From the NCBI GenBank assembly GCA_965226375.1, contig CBDDCX010000002.1:1-58843 (forward strand): 58,843 nucleotides of DNA, in the 5' to 3' direction. This DNA is from Longimicrobiales bacterium. Its GTDB lineage: Bacteria > Gemmatimonadota > Gemmatimonadetes > Longimicrobiales > Gaopeijiaceae. Shown here piece by piece: positions 38,601-48,767 of the stretch. Numbering within the stretch: position 1 is the stretch's first letter; each line of letters begins with the position of its first letter. A model generated the notes under the pieces. It was not told the DNA's origin. It did not search any database and was given only the letters and a program-made list of their open reading frames with translations. The translations under genes and the position numbers were made by a program.

Positions 38601-39442
38601 GCGTGGATATTGCGACGCTCGAGGCCACGATCGAGCGCCTGGCCGGATCGGATCCGGGATACGACATCGAGGAGGCCCGGGCGGCCGCCAAGCAGCTTCT
38701 AGAAGCTCTGACCCGGGGCGAGGTGCGCTCGGCCCGCAAGATCGACGGTGAGTGGCGGGCCGTGGAGTGGGTAAAGAGGGGAATTCTGCTGGCGTTTCGT
38801 GTCGGCAAGACCCGGGAGTTCCCCGCTGGCCCGTCCCCATTCTACGACAAGGACACCCTTCCGCTCCGGGATACGCGGGGGGTCGAGGAGAACATCCGGA
38901 TCGTGCCGGGGGGGAGCTCGGTGCGCTCGGGTGCATACCTGGGAGAGAACGTGATCATCATGCCACCGGCGTTCGTAAACATCGGAGCCTATGTGGGCCG
39001 TGACACCATGATCGACTCCCACGCCCTGGTGGGTTCGTGTGCCCAGGTGGGTGAGCGGGTCCATCTGAGCGCCGGAGCGCAGTTGGGCGGCGTGCTGGAG
39101 CCGGTGGGACTGAGGCCGGTCGTCGTGGAGGACGACGCCATGATCGGCGGCAACGTCGGCGTTTTCGAGGGGACTCTCGTGGAAGAGCGGGCTGTGCTGG
39201 CTCCCGGCGTTCAGCTCACCTCTTCAACCACGGTATACGACCTGGTGCAGGGCGAGACCTACCGAGGTGCTCGGGACCGGCCTCTCACCATCCCCGCCGG
39301 TGCCGTGGTCGTGCCGGGCTCGCGAGCCGTATCAGGTGACTTCGGCCGGGAGCACGGGATTCACCTGTACGCAGCAGTAATCGTGAAGTACCGAGACGCG
39401 TCCACCGACGCAGCCACGGCCCTCGAAGACGCGCTTCGATGA
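38597..39442 (+). CDS. dapD: Tetrahydrodipicolinate N-succinyltransferase
   Basis: WVKRGILL.F, RIVPGG, VNIGAYV, VGSCAQVG, GGVLEP. Confidence 0.95.
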   Translation: MSVDIATLEATIERLAGSDPGYDIEEARAAAKQLLEALTRGEVRSARKIDGEWRAVEWVKRGILLAFRVGKTREFPAGPSPFYDKDTLPLRDTRGVEENIRIVPGGSSVRSGAYLGENVIIMPPAFVNIGAYVGRDTMIDSHALVGSCAQVGERVHLSAGAQLGGVLEPVGLRPVVVEDDAMIGGNVGVFEGTLVEERAVLAPGVQLTSSTTVYDLVQGETYRGARDRPLTIPAGAVVVPGSRAVSGDFGREHGIHLYAAVIVKYRDASTDAATALEDALR

Positions 39443-39443
39443 G

Positions 39444-39609
39444 CTAGTGTCCTGTCCCAGAAATACGCTGACATTCGTGGACCGCTGCATCCACCCTGGC
39501 CGCGTTGTTCCTCCTCGAAATAGCTGTGCTATTCCTCGTCGTCTCGCCTTGCCAGGGCGGCGCTTCGGTCCCCTCGGTGTGACACCGTATTTCTGGGACA
39601 GGACACTAG
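39444..39609. mobile_element. MITE with perfect terminal inverted repeats and CTAG ends
   Basis: CTAGTGTCCTGTCCCAGAAATACG ... CGTATTTCTGGGACAGGACACTAG; no ORF; nested internal hairpin. Confidence 0.85.
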
Positions 39610-39623
39610 CACACTAGCGCGGG

Positions 39624-40544
39624 TCAGTTTCCCGACTCGCCCTCCACGGACTGACGGGCCAAGTCGGCGGCCCCCCGGGCGGCGTCCACCACACGGTCGC
39701 GAGCCTGACAGAGGAGACCTCCGATGGCCACCGAAACCCGCTGCCGGAGCGGTCCGCCCTCATCGATGAGCCCACCGGTGAGTGCCACGGCGGGACGGCC
39801 CGGCCAGGGGCCTAGACGCTTCACCACGGTGAGGACGTGGGCCGCCAGGTCTTCAACGGCGTTCTCGACAATCGCCCCAGCCACCTCGTCACCTGATTCG
39901 GCCTGGCCACAAATGATGGGAACCAGAGCCGCCACCTCCGCTTTGTTGGCGGTGGCGATCCAGGCGATCAGGCCCTCGGGACGGTCCACCCCGAGTACGT
40001 CCAGAATCGGATCTCGGAGTCGCGTCTCCATGCTGCGGCCGTCCTCCCCCCGCACCAGCGCCCGCAGGGCCGCCATGCCCATCGCGTATCCACTCCCTTC
40101 ATCTCCGAGCAGATCGCCCCAACCCCCGACGCTCAGCGAGGAGCCATCCACCCCTCGACCGAGCGCGCTGGAGCCCGTCCCCGAGATGAGCAGGATTCCG
40201 GCCTCGGTCCCGAACGCGTCGTGGAAGGCCGCCCGGGCATCCGAATCGATGTGGACAGCCCGAGCGATCCCGGCCTCCTGAAGCGCCTCCCGGACCACGC
40301 TCTGGGTCGGATCGTTCCCCGCACCCGCGATCCCGGCCCACAGGACATCGGCCGGAGGGACCGCCCCCGCGTTCCCCATCGCCTGGCGGCAGACATGGGT
40401 GATCACTCCGATGGTGGCTCGCGGATTCGCCTGGTCGATCAGCGTGGCCGGTCCCTCGGCGCGCGACAGCTCCTGGCCTCGTGCGTCCACGAGTAGAGCA
40501 CGGGTCCGGGTGCCCCCTCCATCTACCCCGAGAAAGACCTTCAC
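39624..40544 (-). CDS. BadF/BadG-type GlcNAc/MurNAc kinase
   Basis: GVDGGGTRT, ISGTGS, GGWG.LLGDEGSGY. Confidence 0.9.
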   Translation of the reverse strand: MKVFLGVDGGGTRTRALLVDARGQELSRAEGPATLIDQANPRATIGVITHVCRQAMGNAGAVPPADVLWAGIAGAGNDPTQSVVREALQEAGIARAVHIDSDARAAFHDAFGTEAGILLISGTGSSALGRGVDGSSLSVGGWGDLLGDEGSGYAMGMAALRALVRGEDGRSMETRLRDPILDVLGVDRPEGLIAWIATANKAEVAALVPIICGQAESGDEVAGAIVENAVEDLAAHVLTVVKRLGPWPGRPAVALTGGLIDEGGPLRQRVSVAIGGLLCQARDRVVDAARGAADLARQSVEGESGN

Positions 40545-42004
40545 TCAGCCTCCACGACTGGGGTGTCTGCGGCAGCACGGCCCCCACCCAAGGTCCAGCC
40601 CACCACCACCGTGATCGCCGTACCGATGGGCACGAACCAGGGCCAGGCCACCGAGGAGCGAGCGAAAAGCCAGATGGAGGTGACCACGGCGATGCCGGCG
40701 ATCATTCCAAGGATGACACTGCGCTCGTCTGCGCGGCTGGACCGAACCGCCAAGACGAACGCTCCGAGCAAGCCTCCGTACACCATGGACGCGATGGCAA
40801 GAGCGACCTCCACCGCCGTGGTCCCCTCACTGAGGGGAATGAAGAGCACGGCGCCACCGATCAGCAGCCCAGCCCACACGAGAGTGAAGAGTTTTCCGGC
40901 TCGGAGCACACGGGCCTCGTCTTCGTCTGCGCCCACCAGTGGCGCCCAGAAATCGTAGGCCGTGGCCGAAGCCAGCGAATTGATGGAGGATGACAGCGAC
41001 GACATGGCGGCGGCGAACACTCCGGCGATGAGTAGTCCCGTGATACCGGGCGGAAGCACATTCACCACGAAGCTAGCGAAGATCTCGTCTCCCCGGCTGA
41101 AGTCCCGACCGCCGTAATAGGCCCACAAGCCCAGTCCCACCAAAAGGAAAAGAGCGAATTGGGCCATGACGACCACCCCACTCCCCACGAGCGCCTTCCG
41201 GCTGGAGTCCAGGTCGCGGCAGGTGAGAAGGCGCTGGACGATGAGCTGATCCGTGCCGTGAGAGGCCATGGTCAGGAACCCTCCTCCGAGGACGCCCGCC
41301 CAGAGCGTGTACGGGATGGAGAAATCCAGGGACAGGTCGAAGACCGACATCTTCCCCGCCTCACTTGCGCTGGCAACGATCCCCGCCCACCCGCCGGGGA
41401 CGAGCGTCTGGAGGGCCACGATGGCTACCACCGCTCCGACCAGGTAGAGACCCATCTGCACCGCGTCGACCCAGATGACCGCCTTGATCCCCCCAAAGTA
41501 CGTGTAGACCACCGTCATGAGACCGATGACGGCGATGGACACGGGATAGTCCCAGCCGGTGACCAGGGCCAGCGGAATCGCCGTGGCGAACAGTCTCACG
41601 GAGTCGGCCAGGAGGCGGGTCACCATGAAGACGGCGGAGGCGAAGCGGCGGGCTCGCCGGCCGAAGCGGCCCTCGAGCAGCGCGTACGCGGTGCTCAGCT
41701 CCCCCCGGTAGTAGGACGGCAGGAGAAACGCCGATACCACGACTCTGCCCACCAGATAACCGAAGGTCAGCTGCAGAAATCCCAGGGTTCCCATGTAGGA
41801 CACCCCGGGAACGCTGAGAAAAGTGAGGGTGCTGGTCTCCGTGGCGACCACGGAGAGCATGACGGCGATCCAGGGCAGCTCCCTGTTGCCCAGAAAGTAG
41901 TCGCGGCCGCTGGTCTGTCCCCGTCCCAGCCAGGCACCCCAAGCCGTGATCCCGAGGAGATACAGCAGGAGCACGGAAAGGTCGAGAGACGTGAACGCGC
42001 TCAC
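40541..42004 (-). CDS. Sodium:solute symporter (amino-sugar/muropeptide uptake candidate)
   Basis: SVVATETSTLTF, DQLIVQR, AAAMSSLSSSINS; probable GTG start at 42004. Confidence 0.9.
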   Translation of the reverse strand: MSAFTSLDLSVLLLYLLGITAWGAWLGRGQTSGRDYFLGNRELPWIAVMLSVVATETSTLTFLSVPGVSYMGTLGFLQLTFGYLVGRVVVSAFLLPSYYRGELSTAYALLEGRFGRRARRFASAVFMVTRLLADSVRLFATAIPLALVTGWDYPVSIAVIGLMTVVYTYFGGIKAVIWVDAVQMGLYLVGAVVAIVALQTLVPGGWAGIVASASEAGKMSVFDLSLDFSIPYTLWAGVLGGGFLTMASHGTDQLIVQRLLTCRDLDSSRKALVGSGVVVMAQFALFLLVGLGLWAYYGGRDFSRGDEIFASFVVNVLPPGITGLLIAGVFAAAMSSLSSSINSLASATAYDFWAPLVGADEDEARVLRAGKLFTLVWAGLLIGGAVLFIPLSEGTTAVEVALAIASMVYGGLLGAFVLAVRSSRADERSVILGMIAGIAVVTSIWLFARSSVAWPWFVPIGTAITVVVGWTLGGGRAAADTPVVEAE

Positions 42005-42070
42005 CGGGCAGCGTTCCCGGCGCGGCACCTGGATTCACTCGGCACGGCACCACGTTCCCGGAACAGGACG

Positions 42071-45000
42071 CTAGGGTTCACGCCGTCTCACATCCCGGTC
42101 GGTGATCGCCAGAGCCACCGCATCGTGCACGGCCCGTCGCAGAGCAGCGTGCTTCGAGTTCTCCCGCGTCGGGTTGACCCTGTTGGTCAGCAACACGACG
42201 AACAGATCGAGCTCCGCGTCGATCCAGATGGACGTGCCCGTATACCCGGTGTGCCCAAAGGCCCCGGAGGTGAAGTAGTCACCCGCCGAGGACCGTCCAC
42301 TGGGGGTGTCCCAGCCCAGCGCGCGGCTGGCCGAGTCATCCTGAAGCATGGTGAAGAGTCGCACGGTCGCCTCGGAGACGAGCCGAACGTCCCCGGAAGC
42401 TCCTCCGGCGCAGATGGTCCCGTCAGGCGAGGTCGGGCCATTCTCGTCGGCAGCGCCCGGAGCGTCCGATGGCCCACCGGCCCCCACACATCCACCGATC
42501 CGGCCCCCGTTCAGCAACATCTGAGCCACGACCGACAGGTCGGACGCCGTCGAAAAGAGCCCCGCATGGCCGGCCACTCCGCCGATGGCATACGCGTTCT
42601 CGTCGTGAACCACACCGTGCACATGCACGTTCCGGAAGGACGTGTCCACCTCGGTGGGCGCGATTCGCATCAGAAGCTCGGAGGCCGGACGGAAGCCCGT
42701 GTCGGCCATACCCAGGGGACCCCATACGCGACCCTCGAGGAGGGCGTCGAGACTCCGGCCGGTCACCTCTTCGATGATGAACGCGACTGTCATGACCCCG
42801 ATGTCCGAATACACGGTGCGAGTGCCCGGCGCGTAGTCGAGCGCAAGATCGCCAATCGCGGTCTCGTAGGCGCTCCGGCCCTCCATCTCCAGATAGAAGC
42901 GTCGGAAGGGCGGTAGACCGGCACGGTGCAGAAGTAGGTGCCGGACGGTGACGTCGGCCTTGGCCGAATCCCCCCTGCCCCACCACGGCAGATAGTCGAC
43001 CACTGAAGCGTCCAGATCGAGTCGGCCTTCGTCGACCAGCATCATGGCCGCGGTCGTCGTTCCGACGACCTTGGTCAGAGACGCCAGATCATAGATCGAG
43101 TTGCCGTCGGCGAGTCCCGAAGCCGAATCCCAATCCAGGCGCCCGTAGCCCCGGAGCCACACCAGTTTACCGCCGCGGGCCACAGCCACGACCGCCCCGG
43201 GGGTCGCCCCGTCGGCGATGGCTTCGGTCACCAGATAGTCCAGCGCCTGAAGTCGGCGCGAACTCATGCCGACCGAGGCGGCGTCTGCCTCCAGCTCGGA
43301 GACCGACACTTGGACTCCTGAGGCCTGGGGGGACCCACCCCCGGTCTCCTCACCCACCGCTCTGGTGAGCCCGTCCCCAATCGCATGGAAGGGGGGGATC
43401 GAAATGGGCAGGCGTCCGCCGATGGCCGTCTCGCCGAACAGAGCCCGGACCGCCGCCGCCTGCGACACCTCACGGTCCCCCCAGGCGATCAGGTAGGACG
43501 GCGCGTCGGGCAGGGCACCCAACAGGTACGGATTTCCGAACGAAGTGACGACCAGGGGACGTTCGCTCCCGATGTCGCGGACAAAGTCGGCCAGCGCGTC
43601 CGGGGCGGCGACCTCACCCGCTCCGGCCCGCGGCGGCACATAGGCGCCGACCAGCACCAGGTCGACGCCTCGGGCCGTGATCCGGAGGGAGTCGTACGTC
43701 TCTTCCGGAGTATCGGGATCGACACGTACCCGCCGAACGGATGCGACCCTCTCGGACAGAGCCGGATCGAACGCCGTGCCCGCCACCAGATTGTCTGCTC
43801 GCGCGTACGTAATGCTCAGGACGCTACGGGTCACGACGGAGTCCACCGGCACGGCACCCCCACGATCCCTGAGGAGGGTCATCGAACGTGCCGCCGCCGT
43901 GTCGGCGAACGCCAGGTGAGCGGCGCTTCCCACCACGTCATCGACGGCGTCCAGGTCCACCATCCGCCCCCGATGGAGTCCGGCTCGTGCCTTGGTCTCG
44001 AGCACGCGACGAGCGGAGGCACGGACACGATCGGAATCCACCCGTCCGGAGTTCACGGCGGCCACGACTGCGTCGATCGCCTCGGTCACATCGGTCGGCA
44101 TGAGCAGCACATCGCTTCCGGCCTCCAGGGCCAGCACGGCCAACTCGGCAGTACCGTATCGGTCGGCCAGGGCCCCCATGACCAGGGCATCGGTAAGAAG
44201 GAGGCCCTGGAAGCCCATCTCTTCACGAAGGAGCTCGGTCATGAAGCGCGGGTCGAGGGTGGCGGGTGGCCCTGATGTGCCCTGGACGCCGGACACCATC
44301 ACGTGAGCCGTCATGACCGCGTCTACGCCGAAGTCCACGGCTTCACGGAAGGGCACCAACTCCACGGCGTTGAGCCGGTCCCAGTCCGCCGGAACCACGG
44401 GAAGATCCAGATGCGAGTCGGTCCGCGTGTCTCCGTGGCCCGGGAAGTGCTTGGCCGTGGCGAGCACACCCCCCTGGTGCGCCCCCTCGATGTACGCGGC
44501 ACCCAAGCGCGCCACCGTGGCCGGGTCCTCGCCGAAGGAGCGGGTGTTGATGATCGGGTTGTCCGGGTTCGAGTTGACATCCAACACCGGAGCGAAGTTC
44601 AGATGGACGCCGACGGCCGTCGCCTCCACCGCCGTGATGCGTCCATACTCCCGGACAAAACGCTCGTCACCGATCGCTCCAAAGGCCATGGTGGGCGGGA
44701 AGCTGGTCCCACCTCCCTGCGGTAACATGGATGGGAGAGCGTAGGAGTGGTTGATCCGCATCCCCGGCCCACCGTTCTCGAAGTCCGAGGTGACGAGAAG
44801 GGGGACGCCGGCCCGGGATTGCAATTCGTTGATCTTGGCCGCATAAGAGTGCGGCAGACCGATCGACAGATAGATACCACCGATCTCGTCGTTCTCGACC
44901 CACCCGGCCCACTCGAGGAACTCCGGGCTACTGGTGGAGGCATACGATCCCGGCAGCCACTGGATGACGAGCTGGCCCACCTGCTGGCGCAACGTGAGGG

Positions 45001-45184
45001 ATGCCAGCGTCTCGTCCACCCACGCCTGTGCCTCGCCACTGAGTTCCCTGTGTCCGGGGGTGAACACGCCGGAGCGGACGCTGCCCGCGGTCCCCACGAC
45101 GCGCTCGCCCGGAGCTACAGAGGTGCAGCCACAAGCACACAGAAGGGCCACGACCGCCGAAAGACGAATCGGCCTACCTCCCAC
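42071..45184 (-). CDS. nagZ: GH3 beta-N-acetylglucosaminidase fused to a beta-lactamase-family (AmiE-like) domain
   Basis: KHFPGHGDTRTDSH; SLTK (SxxK), YSD, GHTGYTG; lipoprotein-like leader. Confidence 0.9.
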   Translation of the reverse strand: MGGRPIRLSAVVALLCACGCTSVAPGERVVGTAGSVRSGVFTPGHRELSGEAQAWVDETLASLTLRQQVGQLVIQWLPGSYASTSSPEFLEWAGWVENDEIGGIYLSIGLPHSYAAKINELQSRAGVPLLVTSDFENGGPGMRINHSYALPSMLPQGGGTSFPPTMAFGAIGDERFVREYGRITAVEATAVGVHLNFAPVLDVNSNPDNPIINTRSFGEDPATVARLGAAYIEGAHQGGVLATAKHFPGHGDTRTDSHLDLPVVPADWDRLNAVELVPFREAVDFGVDAVMTAHVMVSGVQGTSGPPATLDPRFMTELLREEMGFQGLLLTDALVMGALADRYGTAELAVLALEAGSDVLLMPTDVTEAIDAVVAAVNSGRVDSDRVRASARRVLETKARAGLHRGRMVDLDAVDDVVGSAAHLAFADTAAARSMTLLRDRGGAVPVDSVVTRSVLSITYARADNLVAGTAFDPALSERVASVRRVRVDPDTPEETYDSLRITARGVDLVLVGAYVPPRAGAGEVAAPDALADFVRDIGSERPLVVTSFGNPYLLGALPDAPSYLIAWGDREVSQAAAVRALFGETAIGGRLPISIPPFHAIGDGLTRAVGEETGGGSPQASGVQVSVSELEADAASVGMSSRRLQALDYLVTEAIADGATPGAVVAVARGGKLVWLRGYGRLDWDSASGLADGNSIYDLASLTKVVGTTTAAMMLVDEGRLDLDASVVDYLPWWGRGDSAKADVTVRHLLLHRAGLPPFRRFYLEMEGRSAYETAIGDLALDYAPGTRTVYSDIGVMTVAFIIEEVTGRSLDALLEGRVWGPLGMADTGFRPASELLMRIAPTEVDTSFRNVHVHGVVHDENAYAIGGVAGHAGLFSTASDLSVVAQMLLNGGRIGGCVGAGGPSDAPGAADENGPTSPDGTICAGGASGDVRLVSEATVRLFTMLQDDSASRALGWDTPSGRSSAGDYFTSGAFGHTGYTGTSIWIDAELDLFVVLLTNRVNPTRENSKHAALRRAVHDAVALAITDRDVRRREP

Positions 45185-47079
45185 GGGCAGGGACCTTCAG
45201 CGGAATGTGAATCCCGTCACCCAGCTCGAAGTAGGGGGGCATGCCCGTGGGGGCCCTGCCGGCGACCTCGATGCTACCGAAGAGAGCCGAAGCCGCGGCA
45301 CGCTGGCTCACCGGGGCCGAGCTCCACGCCACCAAATACGCTTGGGCATCGGGGAATTCCGAGATCAGGTAAGGGTTCCCGAAGCTGATCACGACGTGCG
45401 TGATCCTCTCTCTCGCCAGCATGTTTACGAACTCCACCGTCGCATCGGGCAGCTCCACCCGACCGGCAAAGTTCGAGTAGACCGAGACCACCACCAGATT
45501 CGAGCGATGCGACCGTCGCTCGAGGTCCTCGTAGACGGCGTCGTTGCTGCGATCGTCCACCCGCGTCGTGACCAGGCGTGGGTACGTCTCGCGGAGACGG
45601 GCGCCGAAGTAGCGGCTCGCCAAGACGTCGGTGCGAGACCGGAACGTCACAGACATGACACGCGCCGTCCTGGTGCCCAGAAGGGGCAGTAGGTCCCGCT
45701 CGTTTCGGAGAAGCGTGATGGAGCGCTCGGCAACCTCTTGTGCAATGCGTGTGTGCTCCGGGATTCCCACCACCTGGGGGACCCCCTCGAGCGGCACCTC
45801 GCGCTCTTCGTGGAGACCCATCTCTTCTTTCAGCCGGAGCAACTTGGTGACCGACCGTTCGATCCGGGATTCAGGGATCCGTCCCTCACGCACGGCGCGG
45901 AGGATCGCGTCGATGGCCTGCTTGACGTCGGGGGGCATGAGGATCAACATCGGCCCCCGCCAACACGGCCATCACCGATGCCTCGCCGCGCGGATAGAGC
46001 CGGTTCACGGCGCTCATGTCCATGGCGTCGGTAAAGACGATCCCGTCGAAGCCCATGTCCGAGCGGAGCAACTCATCGAGCACCTGTCCGGACAGGGTGG
46101 ACGGTAGGAACCCGCCGCCGAGGCCCGGGACGGCGATATGGGCAGACATTATACCCCTTATTCCCGCATCGATCGCTGCCCGGAAGGGCACGAGCTCCAC
46201 CGAGTCCATGCGCGCCCGCTCGACTCGGATGATGGGCAACGCCAGGTGGGAGTCAACCTCCGTGTCCCCGTGTCCCGGGAAGTGCTTGCCCGTGGCGACC
46301 ACTCCGTTGTCCTGGAGCCCTCTAACGAACGAGACCCCCATGGCCGCCACCGCATCGGGATCCTCCCCGAACGAGCGGATGTTGATGATGGGATTGTCGG
46401 GGTTGTTGTTGACGTCCAGCACGGGCGCGAACGGAAGGTGGACGCCCATCGCACGGGCCTCCAGCGCGGTGACGCGCCCCATCTGGTACGTGTAACTCGG
46501 ATCACCCGTCGCCCCGAAAGCCATCGCGGAGGGGAACATCGTCGCCCCGCCGAGAGCGATGTTGGTGGGCACGTGCACCGCCCCCCAGAACCGGAAGCCG
46601 GCCCCCGTTTCTAGGTCGACCCCGACAAGGAGCGGATACTTGGAGTGCCCTTGCAGATCGTTGAGCTTTACCGCCACATCGGTGGGAACGCCCACCGACA
46701 TGATCACCCCACCCACACCCTCCTGTTCGATGACGTCCACGATGCGATCGTGGCTCTCCGTGCCTTCGGGAGCGAAGTTGCCCAGGACGAACGGCATGAT
46801 CATCTGGGCGATCTTCTCCCGGAGAGTCATCTCGTCGAGAAGCCGCTCGGGCCAGGAGAGAGCCGGTCGCACGGTGGCCGTCTGCCCGCGGGCCGGTCTT
46901 GGAGAGGCCTCTGACGTCGTCTCCCGCTCTGCCGAGGCGGCAGGCCGATCCTGGAGAGGCGTCAAGTTCTCAGCGGGGCCGGCGCTCGCCCCTGAGCAGG
47001 CCGACACGAGAATCACCAGGATCCAGAGGCTTCCCGCCGGGTTACTCAGGGTGGATCGGGGCGTGCTCCGGATGTGCAT
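45174..47079 (-). CDS. nagZ: GH3 beta-N-acetylglucosaminidase lipoprotein, one frameshift near 45946
   Basis: VSAC lipobox, KHFPGHGDTEVDSH, TDAMDM; one extra T splits the ORF. Confidence 0.88.
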
Positions 47080-47146
47080 CTAGTGAGCTCAGCGACCTCG
47101 ATGTTGGGCAGAAAGAGCAGCCGAAGTGCGGATCGGAGAGCAAGTT

Positions 47147-48433
47147 ATGGAGATGTCGAGGGTGCCACAATCCTGGCTCATAACAGCCTTCCTCATGTGC
47201 GTGGCCTGTGGTTCGGATGCCGACGCCGGCAGCCTCGATACACCCGGGACCGCCGATTCCTTATACCGGAGTACCCCCGGCGAGTTCGGTCCCGTGCGCC
47301 CCGGCATTGAGGTGCTTCTCGAGGACTCGCTCCATCTGGTGGCCGGAAGGCGGGTGGGACTCATCACCAACCAGACCGGTGTGGACGCGTCGGGACGTAC
47401 TTCGATTGATCGACTCTTCGAGCATCCCGGCGTGGAGTTAGTGGCCCTCTTCACGCCGGAGCACGGGATTCGCGGAGACGCCGATCCCGGTGAAGTGGTG
47501 GATGACGAAGTCGATCTGGCGACGGGACTGCCGATTTACTCGCTCTACGGAACCGTCCGGAAACCGACCCCTGAAATGCTCGAAGGGATCGAGGTGCTCC
47601 TGACCGATTATCAGGACATCGGAGCCCGATACTGGACCTACGTTTCCACCATGACTCTGGCCATGGAGGCGGCTGCCGAGCGGGGCCTTCCCTTCATTGT
47701 CCTGGACCGCCCCAACCCGATCGGTGGAGCGACACAGGGCAACATCCTCGATCCCCCCTTTGCAACCTTCGTGGGACGCTACCCGGTCCCCATGCGCCAC
47801 GGCATGACCCCCGCCGAGCTGGCCCGCTACGCCAGAGGCGAGCATGACATCGATGTAGAGCTGCACGTGGCACCCGCCGACGGCTGGCATCGTAACATGC
47901 CCTTTGAGGAGACCGGCCTACCGTGGATCCAGCCGTCCCCGAACATGCCCAACATCGAGAGCGCAACGCACTACGCGGGAACCTGCCTGTTCGAGGGGAC
48001 CAACCTCTCGGTGGGCCGCGGCACGAGCATCGCGTTCCAGCACGTGGGAGCGCCCTGGCTGGACGGCGAGGCCCTGGCCCGGACCATGAACGGATACGGC
48101 TTGGAAGGCGTCCGCTTCGAAGCCACCCGCTTCACGCCGGAGTCGCCCAGCGACGGCAAGTTCGACGGAGTCGAGGTGTCCGGCGTGCGCCTGATCGCTA
48201 CCTCCGGCGACTACGATCCCACCGAAGCCGCGATCGCCCTCCTGGTGGAGGCACGCAAGATGTCGGGTACCGAGTGGCGATGGCTCACGTCCCACTTCGA
48301 TCGACTCGCCGGAACAGATGAAGTCCGAGAAGCCATCGAAGCCGGCGTCGGGGTGGAAGCAGTCCGCGCAGGATGGGACGAAGCGCTCGCCGAGTTCGTG
48401 CGCATTCGAGAGCCGTATCTGATCTACCCGTAG
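47147..48433 (+). CDS. namZ: Exo-beta-N-acetylmuramidase (DUF1343)
   Basis: GLITNQTG, PEHG, QDIGARYWTY, DRPNP, PSPNMP, EGTNLSVGRGT. Confidence 0.92.
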   Translation: MEMSRVPQSWLITAFLMCVACGSDADAGSLDTPGTADSLYRSTPGEFGPVRPGIEVLLEDSLHLVAGRRVGLITNQTGVDASGRTSIDRLFEHPGVELVALFTPEHGIRGDADPGEVVDDEVDLATGLPIYSLYGTVRKPTPEMLEGIEVLLTDYQDIGARYWTYVSTMTLAMEAAAERGLPFIVLDRPNPIGGATQGNILDPPFATFVGRYPVPMRHGMTPAELARYARGEHDIDVELHVAPADGWHRNMPFEETGLPWIQPSPNMPNIESATHYAGTCLFEGTNLSVGRGTSIAFQHVGAPWLDGEALARTMNGYGLEGVRFEATRFTPESPSDGKFDGVEVSGVRLIATSGDYDPTEAAIALLVEARKMSGTEWRWLTSHFDRLAGTDEVREAIEAGVGVEAVRAGWDEALAEFVRIREPYLIYP

Positions 48434-48552
48434 GCTTCACCTACCCGCCTAAGCCGCCAACGGACGAACGGGAGGTGTGTGACGACTCTCCTCCGCACGA
48501 CACCAGCGAATCCCTTCGCAGGAGAAGGAGGAGAGTCGTCGCGCGCCTCCCG

Positions 48553-48767
48553 CTATTCCCCCGCCACCTCTTCCACCGCCCCCGCCTTGAACGCCTCATA
48601 GAGCGCCTTAGCCACCGGCCCCACCGTTCCGCCCCCGACTGGCCGCCCATCCAACTCCACCGTCGGCCGCACCTCTGTAGTCGTGCCCGTGAAGAAGATC
48701 TCGTCCGCCTCCCGCATCTCCTCCAAGGGAATCGCCCGCTCGACCACGGTCATGCCCATCCCCCGGG
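48553..48767 (-). pseudogene. 3' fragment of a class IV aminotransferase (IlvE/DAT-like)
   Basis: VVERAI..EEMREADEIFFTGTTTEVRP.VELDG..VG.G..GP; upstream part replaced by the integrase element end. Confidence 0.85.

Noticed and set aside
36117..42916. Long alternative-frame and antisense ORFs (e.g. 36117-37532, 36319-37731, 41159-42916)
   Set aside because: High-GC shadow ORFs overlapping well-supported genes
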